Assembly: GCA_943787465.1 (NCBI GenBank)
Contig: CALSMN010000002.1
Coordinates: forward strand, 1,727 to 65,726
Origin: an uncultured Bacteroidia bacterium
GTDB lineage: Bacteria; Bacteroidota; Bacteroidia; NS11-12g; UBA9320
DNA: 64,000 bases
Reading direction: 5' to 3'
In this document: one piece after another, positions 28,879 to 36,844 of the stretch
How the letters are laid out: every line of letters starts with the position of its first letter
Position numbering within the stretch: the stretch's first letter is position 1
Notes under the pieces: generated by a model
Seen by the model: only the letters and a program-made list of their open reading frames with translations
Database searches by the model: none
What the model was told of the DNA's origin: nothing
Position numbers and translations under genes: made by a program

Positions 28879-29160
28879 TTAAATTTCGAGCAGTTGCTCA
28901 AGTTTTTTAAGCTTACTATCTATTATTGAAAAGTCATCAGATGAGGGTTGTCTCTTATATTTTTCTGAAGCAAATTCAAGGGCAACCATAGCTAATGCAT
29001 CTTGTTTGTCTTTTATAGAAAAATTTTGAGTATAAAACCTTGCTCGTTCATTAATGTGGTTCACTGAATTTCGGACATTTTCTTCATCCTTTATTGGAAT
29101 TCGTAATGGATAGAACCGATCACTAATATTGACTTTTATGGGAATCTCTTGCTCAGACAT
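28879..29160 (-). CDS. zapA: Cell division protein ZapA
   Basis: This is a 93-aa ORF. IKVNISDRFYPLRIP...EENVRNSV and the C-terminal coiled coil match the ZapA pattern. The position upstream of rny is conserved in Bacteroidota. Confidence 0.7.
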   Translation of the reverse strand: MSEQEIPIKVNISDRFYPLRIPIKDEENVRNSVNHINERARFYTQNFSIKDKQDALAMVALEFASEKYKRQPSSDDFSIIDSKLKKLEQLLEI

Positions 29161-29181
29161 ACCGTCTGTTTCTGTGTTAAT

Positions 29182-29466
29182 TTATAGGTTAATTAGTGTG
29201 ATACATTGATTAATTTCATGAATCAACTGATCTATTTTATGTTTAAATTCAGTGCGATCTTCAGATTTATCAATACTCTGTGCAAGTTTAATCATTTTAT
29301 TTGTTTCCTCAATATTTTGAATTGACTCAGATGAAATTTTTATTTGATTATTCAATTTTTGATTTTCTTCCAGAAGTTTTTGGTTTTGAATCCTAAGTGC
29401 TTTATTTTTTTCTTGTAGTTGAGTAATTTTAAATTCGATATGTTCTAAACGTGCGAGTATCTCCAT
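29182..29466 (-). CDS. Small all-coiled-coil protein, function unknown
   Basis: This is a 94-aa ORF with a heptad-rich sequence (ITQLQEKNKALRIQNQKLLEENQKLNNQIK). Its ATG overlaps the pheT stop as TAATG. Confidence 0.55.
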   Translation of the reverse strand: MEILARLEHIEFKITQLQEKNKALRIQNQKLLEENQKLNNQIKISSESIQNIEETNKMIKLAQSIDKSEDRTEFKHKIDQLIHEINQCITLINL

Positions 29467-31808
29467 TATTTTCGAATAACAGCGTGAAGACTTTCTTCTA
29501 AATTTTGAATTAGTTTTTGCATCAATTGATCAATCTCTGCATCTTCCATCGTTTTATTTTCATCATATAAATAAAAGGCTACAGAAAATGAGCGTTGATC
29601 AGGGTTAAGTGGTTTGCCTTGATAAACATCAAATAATAAAATGTCCTTGAGCTTATTATGTAGGCATGATTTAGCAATTTTTGTAACAGATTTGTAAGCA
29701 ACTTGTTGATCCAATACAATAGATAAATCTCTTCGGACAATTGGGAATACGGGAATGTCTTTAAGTTTGATATTTACATTCGTTTTTGCCATGCAAGCCT
29801 CCCAATCAATGTGAAGTGAAATGACATCTTGTTTAAGCCCATGGTGCTTTTTTTGCTGAGACGTGATAGTATCATATGTGATAATTGATTCCATATCAGA
29901 CTCACTTATATTGAGCTTTTTTCCAATATTAGTGACAATTGCTCGAAGTTCATGATCAGTTAAAGAGGTGTTTGTTGTACTCCAATGTTCAGGATGTCGA
30001 TTTCCAGTAAAGGTTAATTGAAGAATTTCTTTTTCATGGTATTGCTTCTCAACCTTGAAATAAGTTTTCCCAAATTCAAAAAATTTCAAATTGGTGTTTT
30101 TACGATTCAGATTATAGGATATGGAACTTAAAGCAGAATTTAGAAGATCCATTCTTAAAATATCCATATCATTACTCAGTGGATTCATCATACGAATAGC
30201 TCGATTCAAATCTTGTTCTTCATAAAATCGTGATGCTATCAGTGAATTATTCATGATTTCATTAAATCCAATGGCAGACAAATAGTTGCTGATTTTTGTC
30301 TTTAATTTATGTGGCGTATTTTTTTCAATAACTGAGGGGACGTAATTCACCTTTTCTGGAATAGGAATATTATTGAAACCAAATATACGTATGATCTCTT
30401 CGTAAATGTCGACTGGTCGTTCAATGTCAGTTCGATATCTTGGCACTTCTAAAAGTACATTAATGTCATTATTGGCAATGATTTTAATTTCTAAGCTATG
30501 TAAAATTTCAAGTGCTGTTTCTTTGGGGATTTCGTATCCTATAAAAGCATTGAAATCATTGAAATTAATCTCAATTTGTCGAGGCGACATGATATCTGGG
30601 TATATGTCTTGTATGTCAGAGGATATGTCGCCGCCGGATAATTCTAAAATTAGATTGGCTGCTCTTGTCAAAGCAAATTCAACCATTTCGGGATCAGTGC
30701 CTCGTTCAAAACGATAACTTGAATCCGTATTCAACCCTAATTTTTTTGCTGTTTTTCGAATGGTTGATGGGTCGAAGTATGCACTTTCAATGAAAATATT
30801 TTGTGTATTTTCAGATACACTGCTGCTTAAACCTCCCAATACACCTGCTATAGCAATTGGTTTTTCTGAATCTGAGATGATGAAGTGGTCCTCAGATAAT
30901 TCTCGTTCTACCTGATCCAAGGTGATTATCTTTTCTCCTTTTTTTGCAAATCGTGGAATTATTTGTTGTTCAGATATTTTATCTGCATCAAAAATATGAA
31001 TGGGTTGTCCAATTTCATGCATGATAAAATTGGATATATCTACTATCACGTTAATGGGCTTCAGGTCAAGTGATTGTAGCCGTTTTTTAAGCCAATCAGG
31101 GGATTGCTTAACTTTAACAGAACTAATTGATATCCCTGCATATCGTGGACAGGCCTTGAAATCACGGATAATGATTTTTACCCTATCTGTTCCTCTAGTG
31201 TCAAGTTTTTTTATTGTTGGTTTTTTATACTTTGTGCCTGTCAATGCTTGTAGTTCCCTTGCAATACCCATATGAGATATAGCATCGCCACGATTAGGAA
31301 TAATAGCAATTTCGATTTGATAGTCATTCTCAACAGGGTAGATATCAGTTAAGCATGAGCCTGGAACCAATTTAGCGTCTAGTACCATAATTCCGTCATG
31401 ATTATTTCCTAAACCTATTTCATCTTCAGCACAAATCATTCCTTCTGAAATTTCACCACGTATTTTTGCTTTCTTAATTTTAAAGCTATCATTTTCCTTG
31501 TAGAGGGTAGTACCTATTGGAGCAACTACAACTTTTTGACCCTTTGCAATATTTTTAGCTCCACAGACGATGGATAATAATTGAGGTTTACCTATGCTGA
31601 CTTTTGTTAGATTTAAAGAATCTGCATTAGGATGATTGGTTACTGAGATAACTTCTCCAACAACTAGATTTTTAAGTCCACCTTTAATAGATTCGATAGG
31701 TTTTACATGTTCTACTTCAAGCCCACTCATAGTTAGTTTTTCACACATTTCCTCCAACGGAAGATCTATCTGAATCATTTGTTTAAGCCAGTTTAAGGAT
31801 ATCTTCAT
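29466..31808 (-). CDS. pheT: Phenylalanine--tRNA ligase beta subunit
   Basis: The ORF is trimmed to MKISLNWLKQ, the canonical PheT start. It has a tRNA-binding OB domain (VVGEVISVTNHPNADSL), B3/4 and B5 domains, and a C-terminal FDX-ACB-like domain. Confidence 0.93.
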   Translation of the reverse strand: MKISLNWLKQMIQIDLPLEEMCEKLTMSGLEVEHVKPIESIKGGLKNLVVGEVISVTNHPNADSLNLTKVSIGKPQLLSIVCGAKNIAKGQKVVVAPIGTTLYKENDSFKIKKAKIRGEISEGMICAEDEIGLGNNHDGIMVLDAKLVPGSCLTDIYPVENDYQIEIAIIPNRGDAISHMGIARELQALTGTKYKKPTIKKLDTRGTDRVKIIIRDFKACPRYAGISISSVKVKQSPDWLKKRLQSLDLKPINVIVDISNFIMHEIGQPIHIFDADKISEQQIIPRFAKKGEKIITLDQVERELSEDHFIISDSEKPIAIAGVLGGLSSSVSENTQNIFIESAYFDPSTIRKTAKKLGLNTDSSYRFERGTDPEMVEFALTRAANLILELSGGDISSDIQDIYPDIMSPRQIEINFNDFNAFIGYEIPKETALEILHSLEIKIIANNDINVLLEVPRYRTDIERPVDIYEEIIRIFGFNNIPIPEKVNYVPSVIEKNTPHKLKTKISNYLSAIGFNEIMNNSLIASRFYEEQDLNRAIRMMNPLSNDMDILRMDLLNSALSSISYNLNRKNTNLKFFEFGKTYFKVEKQYHEKEILQLTFTGNRHPEHWSTTNTSLTDHELRAIVTNIGKKLNISESDMESIITYDTITSQQKKHHGLKQDVISLHIDWEACMAKTNVNIKLKDIPVFPIVRRDLSIVLDQQVAYKSVTKIAKSCLHNKLKDILLFDVYQGKPLNPDQRSFSVAFYLYDENKTMEDAEIDQLMQKLIQNLEESLHAVIRK

Positions 31809-31893
31809 GATAATATACTTCAACGAAGATAATTGTGTATTTTTAATCTCTAAAGTAAGGTGCTATTATTTATGCATAATTTATTAAAATTGC

Positions 31894-32730
31894 ATGTATA
31901 ATATGAATAAACAACAGATTCAAGAAAGTTTTCAGGCCTTTGCGGAATTGGCAACTATTTATCTACCAAAATTAATCTCTGGGCTTCTACTTTTAGTTGT
32001 TGGTTGGTGGACAATTGGGAAGTTTATCCGATGGTTTCAAATAAAATTAGAAAATTCCAAAGTTGAATTTACTTTAGTTCCTTTTTTGTCTAGTTTAACA
32101 GGTTTTGTTTTAAAACTCCTATTACTCGTTAGTGTAGCTTCTGTTTTAGGGATAGCAACTACGAGTTTTGTCGCTATGCTGGGTGCCGGCTCTTTAGCTG
32201 TTGGTCTAGCCCTTCAAGGTAGCTTATCTCATTTTGCAGGAGGAGTAGTTATCTTATTTTTCAAACCTTTTAAAGTTGGTGATGTAATTGAGCTTGATGG
32301 CATAAAAGGCACCGTTCAATCCATTACTATTTTGTATACCATTGTTACTACACCGGATGATAATACGGCAGTTATTCCCAATGGTCAAGTAGCCAACAAT
32401 AAAGTGATTAATTTTACGAAAGAAAACAATCGAAGAATAGATCTCCTAGTAGGTATATCATATAGTCAAGATATTGATCAGGCTAAACAAGTCATTTTAG
32501 ATGCTTTAAATTCGGAGCCCCTCATACTTGATTCTCCTGCTCCCTTCGTTGGTATTGAAAGTTTTGGTGATAGTGCAGTTAATCTTGCTTTTAGGCCCTA
32601 CTCAAAATCAGTAGATTATGCTGAAGCAATGTTCGCAGCGAATGAAGTAGTAAAAAAAGCCTTAGATAAACATAATATTGAAATTCCCTTTCCTCAAAGA
32701 GACCTCAATATTCGATCAGGTAATCTATAA
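31894..32730 (+). CDS. Small-conductance mechanosensitive channel (MscS family)
   Basis: This is a 278-aa ORF with three N-terminal TM helices and the pore-helix/beta-domain junction GSLSHFAGGVVILFFKPFKVGD. It is a paralog of 54043-54894. Confidence 0.85.
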   Translation: MYNMNKQQIQESFQAFAELATIYLPKLISGLLLLVVGWWTIGKFIRWFQIKLENSKVEFTLVPFLSSLTGFVLKLLLLVSVASVLGIATTSFVAMLGAGSLAVGLALQGSLSHFAGGVVILFFKPFKVGDVIELDGIKGTVQSITILYTIVTTPDDNTAVIPNGQVANNKVINFTKENNRRIDLLVGISYSQDIDQAKQVILDALNSEPLILDSPAPFVGIESFGDSAVNLAFRPYSKSVDYAEAMFAANEVVKKALDKHNIEIPFPQRDLNIRSGNL

Positions 32731-33063
32731 TTTTAGCATTTGCAATACCAACTCAGGCGGTCTGCATAATCTAGCTTCCTTAGCTGTTTCCACAATAGGT
32801 CTTTCCATTAATCGTGGATAATCAATCATGGCCTGTATGTATTCATTACGACTTAAAACTTTGTCTTTGTAATTTTCTTTCCATTGAGCTTCATTTTTTC
32901 GTATCAGTTCTTCGGGTTGAATACCCATTTTTCGAATTAACACGTTAAGTTGATCAAAGGATAAAGGATTTTTAATATAATCTATAATTGTTACTTCTGT
33001 ATCTGATATCAAAGCTAGACATTGCCTGCTTTTTGAGCATCTATTATTGTGATAAATTTTCAT
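32725..33063 (-). CDS. ArsC/Spx-family redox protein (arsenate reductase-like)
   Basis: This is a 112-aa ORF. MKIYHNNRCSKSR carries the N-terminal catalytic-type Cys and ...MERPIV is the family motif. Its start overlaps the upstream reductase stop (ATGA). Confidence 0.75.
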   Translation of the reverse strand: MKIYHNNRCSKSRQCLALISDTEVTIIDYIKNPLSFDQLNVLIRKMGIQPEELIRKNEAQWKENYKDKVLSRNEYIQAMIDYPRLMERPIVETAKEARLCRPPELVLQMLKL

Positions 33064-34067
33064 TTTATACTAGGATCACCCATTACAGTAGTATATTTAA
33101 GAACTAATTTTTTTTCTGGGAAAATGCGTTTGTAACAGCTTTGTACAGCTAATGTAGCTTCATGAAATCCACAAAGGATAAGTTTGAGTTTACCTTCATA
33201 TTGATTAATATCACCAATAGCAAATATTCCAGGAACATTAGTTTGGTAATCTTTTGTATTCACTAAAATGGCTTCCTTACCAAGATCTAAGCCCCAGTCC
33301 TTGATAGGTCCTAATTTTGGACTCAGTCCAAATAGGGGTATAAAATGGTCAGCTTTAATAGAAATAACTTCTTTGTTTTTTTGGGTTACTTGGATTGAAC
33401 TTAAGTTGGTGTCTCCATCCAATCGAGTTACTTGTGCTTCAGTAATTAGATCAAGTTTGTCAGTTTTAGATAAATTTTCTACTTTCTCTACGGAATCTAG
33501 AGCACCTCTAAATTGAGTTCTTCGATGAACAAGAGTAACATGGCTTGCGACATCTGTTAGAAAAATACTCCAATCTAGAGCACTATCTCCCCCTCCAGCA
33601 ATCACTACTTTTTTGTCGCGATACAATTCTGGATCTTTAATAATGTATTCGACACCACAGTCTTCAAATTTTTCTAAATTTATGAGTTCAGGTTTTCGTG
33701 GAGCGAAACAGCCCAATCCTCCTGCAATCATGACATTAGGTGCTTTATGTATAGTTCCTCTGTCTGTAGTTACCAAAAATTGATCATCCTCTGTTTTAAT
33801 TATACTCTCAGCACGTTCACCTAGAGTAAACCCTGGTTCAAATGGACGAGATTGTCTCATCAGGTTATCAATAAGTTCTCCGGCAAGAATACTTGGGAAA
33901 CCAGGAATATCATAAATGGGCTTTTTAGGATAAATCTCTGCTAATTGGCCCCCAGGCTGTGGAAGATAATCGATTAAATGGCATTTTAACTTCAATAATC
34001 CTGCTTCAAATACAGCAAATAGCCCTGTAGGGCCTGCTCCAATAATGATAATGTCTGTTTCTATCAC
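33060..34067 (-). CDS. Ferredoxin--NADP(+) reductase, thioredoxin-reductase-like type
   Basis: This is a 335-aa ORF with a GTG start. The FAD motif IIGAGPTGLFA and the NADPH motif VIAGGGDSALDW are present, with IFAIGD at the C-terminus. It has no CxxC, as in YumC-type FNR. Confidence 0.8.
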   Translation of the reverse strand: MIETDIIIIGAGPTGLFAVFEAGLLKLKCHLIDYLPQPGGQLAEIYPKKPIYDIPGFPSILAGELIDNLMRQSRPFEPGFTLGERAESIIKTEDDQFLVTTDRGTIHKAPNVMIAGGLGCFAPRKPELINLEKFEDCGVEYIIKDPELYRDKKVVIAGGGDSALDWSIFLTDVASHVTLVHRRTQFRGALDSVEKVENLSKTDKLDLITEAQVTRLDGDTNLSSIQVTQKNKEVISIKADHFIPLFGLSPKLGPIKDWGLDLGKEAILVNTKDYQTNVPGIFAIGDINQYEGKLKLILCGFHEATLAVQSCYKRIFPEKKLVLKYTTVMGDPSIK

Positions 34068-34071
34068 GCTG

Positions 34072-34079
34072 CAAAGGTA
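34072..34079 (-). promoter_or_regulatory. -7 promoter box TACCTTTG (minus strand)
   Basis: Plus-strand caaaggta lies 4 nt upstream of GTG 34067. Confidence 0.45.
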
Positions 34080-34117
34080 ATTATCTAAAAATACTCTCCC
34101 TACCTATTCATCAGACA

Positions 34118-34156
34118 TTTATTCAATTTTTAGATATTAATTTAAAATTGAATAAA
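34118..34156. repeat. Perfect 13-bp inverted repeat with 13-nt spacer in a divergent intergenic region
   Basis: The arms are tttattcaatttt (34118-34130) and aaaattgaataaa (34144-34156). ctaccta occurs on both sides (34100-34106 and 34168-34174). Confidence 0.7.
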
Positions 34157-34185
34157 AATTAGTAGGACTACCTAATTTTACAGCC

Positions 34186-36264
34186 GTGAATTGGGACATT
34201 ACATTTGGGTATTCAATATGGTTTATTCTGTTTTGTTTGGGTGCAGGGGTAGCATATGCATTGTTGTCTTATTATTTTTGGCCTAATTCAATAAATCACC
34301 TAAGTAAAAGAGTCAGAATTATTTTGTCTATAATTCGTTTTTTGTCTGTGAGTATACTGGCTTTTTTTATCATGGATCCAGTAGTAAAACACCTAAAGTA
34401 TCTCAAACAAAAACCAATACTGGTATTTCTCCTCGATGACTCTCAATCAATGAATATTGACTCTCAATCAAGAAAATTAGCCATACAGAGTCTAGATAAA
34501 TTTGAAAATGAACTTTCGGAGCAATATCAGATAGAACGAATCAAGTTCAGCAATACCCTTACCTATTCCGAAGATCAACCCACTTTTTTTGGTGAAGAAA
34601 CCAATATAAGTAAGGCTTTGTATGGGGTGAAGGATCAATACTATAATCAAAATTTAGGGGGGGTGCTGTTAGTTTCAGATGGAATTTTTAATAACGGAAG
34701 TAATCCAATAACAATTGCTCAAAACTACAGAACTCCTATTTATACATTGGCTGTTGGTGATACAAGTGTGCATGCTGATTTAAGAATACACCATGTGGCT
34801 CATAATTCTATGGTTTATTTAGGAAATGATTTCAAATCAAGCATAGAAATAAAATCAACTCAACTCAAAGGGAAAACGGGTAAGCTACTAGTGCTCCAAA
34901 ATGGGATTGAATTTTATTCCAAAGACTTTGAAATAACCAATCATGATTTTTTTGTAGAATATGATGTGACCTCTCATGCAGCTCGTTCAGGCATGAATCG
35001 TTTTGATGTGCAGCTAACGGTTTTTGATGAAGAGAAAAATATTCAAAATAACACATCCGTATTTTATGTAGAAGTAGTAGATAGTAAAAAAAATATTGGG
35101 GTTTATAGCCATAGTCCACATCCAGATATTGGTATGCTGAAATCAGCTATTTCATCCAATGAAAATTATGAAGTTGATTTGTGTATCAACAACTTGAAAT
35201 CATTCGATAAATTTGACTTAGTTATTTTATATGACTGGTTTTCTAATTCCAAGGAATTGCAATGGTTTGAGGCATTAAAATTAGCAAAAATCCCAGTTTT
35301 ATGTGTTTTTGGAGAACGTTTTGATCCGGCTTATTTTAACTCTGGGAGTCAGCGAATATCGTTTGACTCAAAGTTGAAATCATTTAACCTTACTCTCCCA
35401 TTATTCAATCCCAAATTTGATTACTTCAACATAGATAATTTAGCAAAAACTATAGAGAAATGGTCACCCTTAAAATCTCCTTTTGGCGCTATTAAGGGAT
35501 ACAAGCCTTCAGATGTGTTGATGTATCAAAAAATAGGTGCTGTTGAAACCAATGATCCTATGTGTGTTTTACACGATGAATCTGGTTATCGATATGGAAT
35601 TTTTTTAGGGCAAGGGATATGGAAATGGGAATTATCTGACTATGAGCAAAATGATAATCATGATGTCATCTATGGTGTTGTCAATCATATGATTCAATAT
35701 CTTACTGTCAAAAATCAACAAAAATTACTTCGAGTTACGACAACAGCCTCGGAGTATGGAGTTCAAGAACCTGCCATTTTTAAAGGTGAATTATATAATA
35801 ACAGCATGAACTTAGTGTTCGATAAACCTATCCATATTACCATAAAAGATGAGCAAAAAAATGAACTGATGTATACAATGAATGCAAAAAATGAACGATA
35901 TAGTCAATCAATTAATGGTTTGAGGCCGGGGATTTATAAGTATACAGCCAGTGCCATGTTAGGAGGATTGCAATACAAAGATCAGGGAGTATTTATGGTA
36001 TCGGATCAAAAAAAAGAATGGATGAATCAACAAGCGGACTATTCACTACTTCAAAAAATTTCGTATTACTCAAACGGATATTTTTACACTCCAGGTACAT
36101 TAAGTAGTCTTAAAAATAGGCTACTTAAACAGGATACTTCAAAGACTCAGATTTCTGAAGAAAATTCTTATCATGATTTAATTGAATTTAAAGGTATATT
36201 TTGGTTGGTCATTATCTTGCTTTCAATAGAATGGTCTATTAGAAAATGGAGTGGTGCTTATTAG
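34186..36264 (+). CDS. Membrane protein with von Willebrand factor A-like domain
   Basis: This is a 692-aa ORF with a GTG start. It has two N-terminal TM helices and one C-terminal TM helix, and the MIDAS-like motif FLLDDSQSM follows the membrane anchor. Confidence 0.6.
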   Translation: MNWDITFGYSIWFILFCLGAGVAYALLSYYFWPNSINHLSKRVRIILSIIRFLSVSILAFFIMDPVVKHLKYLKQKPILVFLLDDSQSMNIDSQSRKLAIQSLDKFENELSEQYQIERIKFSNTLTYSEDQPTFFGEETNISKALYGVKDQYYNQNLGGVLLVSDGIFNNGSNPITIAQNYRTPIYTLAVGDTSVHADLRIHHVAHNSMVYLGNDFKSSIEIKSTQLKGKTGKLLVLQNGIEFYSKDFEITNHDFFVEYDVTSHAARSGMNRFDVQLTVFDEEKNIQNNTSVFYVEVVDSKKNIGVYSHSPHPDIGMLKSAISSNENYEVDLCINNLKSFDKFDLVILYDWFSNSKELQWFEALKLAKIPVLCVFGERFDPAYFNSGSQRISFDSKLKSFNLTLPLFNPKFDYFNIDNLAKTIEKWSPLKSPFGAIKGYKPSDVLMYQKIGAVETNDPMCVLHDESGYRYGIFLGQGIWKWELSDYEQNDNHDVIYGVVNHMIQYLTVKNQQKLLRVTTTASEYGVQEPAIFKGELYNNSMNLVFDKPIHITIKDEQKNELMYTMNAKNERYSQSINGLRPGIYKYTASAMLGGLQYKDQGVFMVSDQKKEWMNQQADYSLLQKISYYSNGYFYTPGTLSSLKNRLLKQDTSKTQISEENSYHDLIEFKGIFWLVIILLSIEWSIRKWSGAY

Positions 36265-36323
36265 ATATATAGAGTCTAAAACTAAAATTTAGAAAATTAT
36301 TTTTCTTAAACGTGGGAAAAAAG

Positions 36324-36331
36324 TACTTTTG
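36324..36331 (+). promoter_or_regulatory. -7 promoter box TACTTTTG for rpsO
   Basis: It matches TAnnTTTG perfectly, 35 nt upstream of ATG 36367. Confidence 0.4.
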
Positions 36332-36366
36332 CAGTCCTTGTATAGGAATATATATCATTTATAAAA

Positions 36367-36636
36367 ATGCAATTAACAGCGGAAAAGAAAACAGAAATAA
36401 TCACACAGTTTGGTGGAAGTGCAACAAATACTGGTCATGCAGAAGCACAAGTTGCTTTGTTCACCTATAGAATTAAGCATTTGACTGAACACCTTAAAAT
36501 AAATAAGAAAGATTTTTCTACAGAGTTAACACTTGTTAAACTTGTGGGTAAAAGAAGATCTTTGTTGAATTATATTGCAAAAAAAGATATTGTTCATTAT
36601 AGAGAACTTATCAAGCAACTAGGTATCAGAAAATAA
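36367..36636 (+). CDS. rpsO: 30S ribosomal protein S15
   Basis: This is an 89-aa ORF. GSATNTGHAEAQVALFTYRIKHLTEHLK...DFSTELTLVKLVGKRRSLLNY is canonical S15. Confidence 0.95.
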   Translation: MQLTAEKKTEIITQFGGSATNTGHAEAQVALFTYRIKHLTEHLKINKKDFSTELTLVKLVGKRRSLLNYIAKKDIVHYRELIKQLGIRK

Positions 36637-36704
36637 CCCCTGTTGCCTTTAATTAAAGGTTAACTCAAAATCTGAAAAAAGTCCCAACCGTGAAAGTAAG
36701 ATAG

Positions 36705-36728
36705 ACACCTCTTGGTGTTGACTTTTTT
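36705..36728 (+). terminator. Weak intrinsic terminator or attenuator between rpsO and pnp
   Basis: A 5-bp stem acacc/ggtgt with loop tctt is followed by tgacttttttg. Confidence 0.35.
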
Positions 36729-36844
36729 GTTTTCATGTCGATCAGCTTAAAGTATATCGCACTTAGTGATATTCTTTATGTTCAACATTGTAAGTAAAAA
36801 TGGTAACATTTTAAAAAAAACAGAGCGGTACTGCCGCAAAAATT

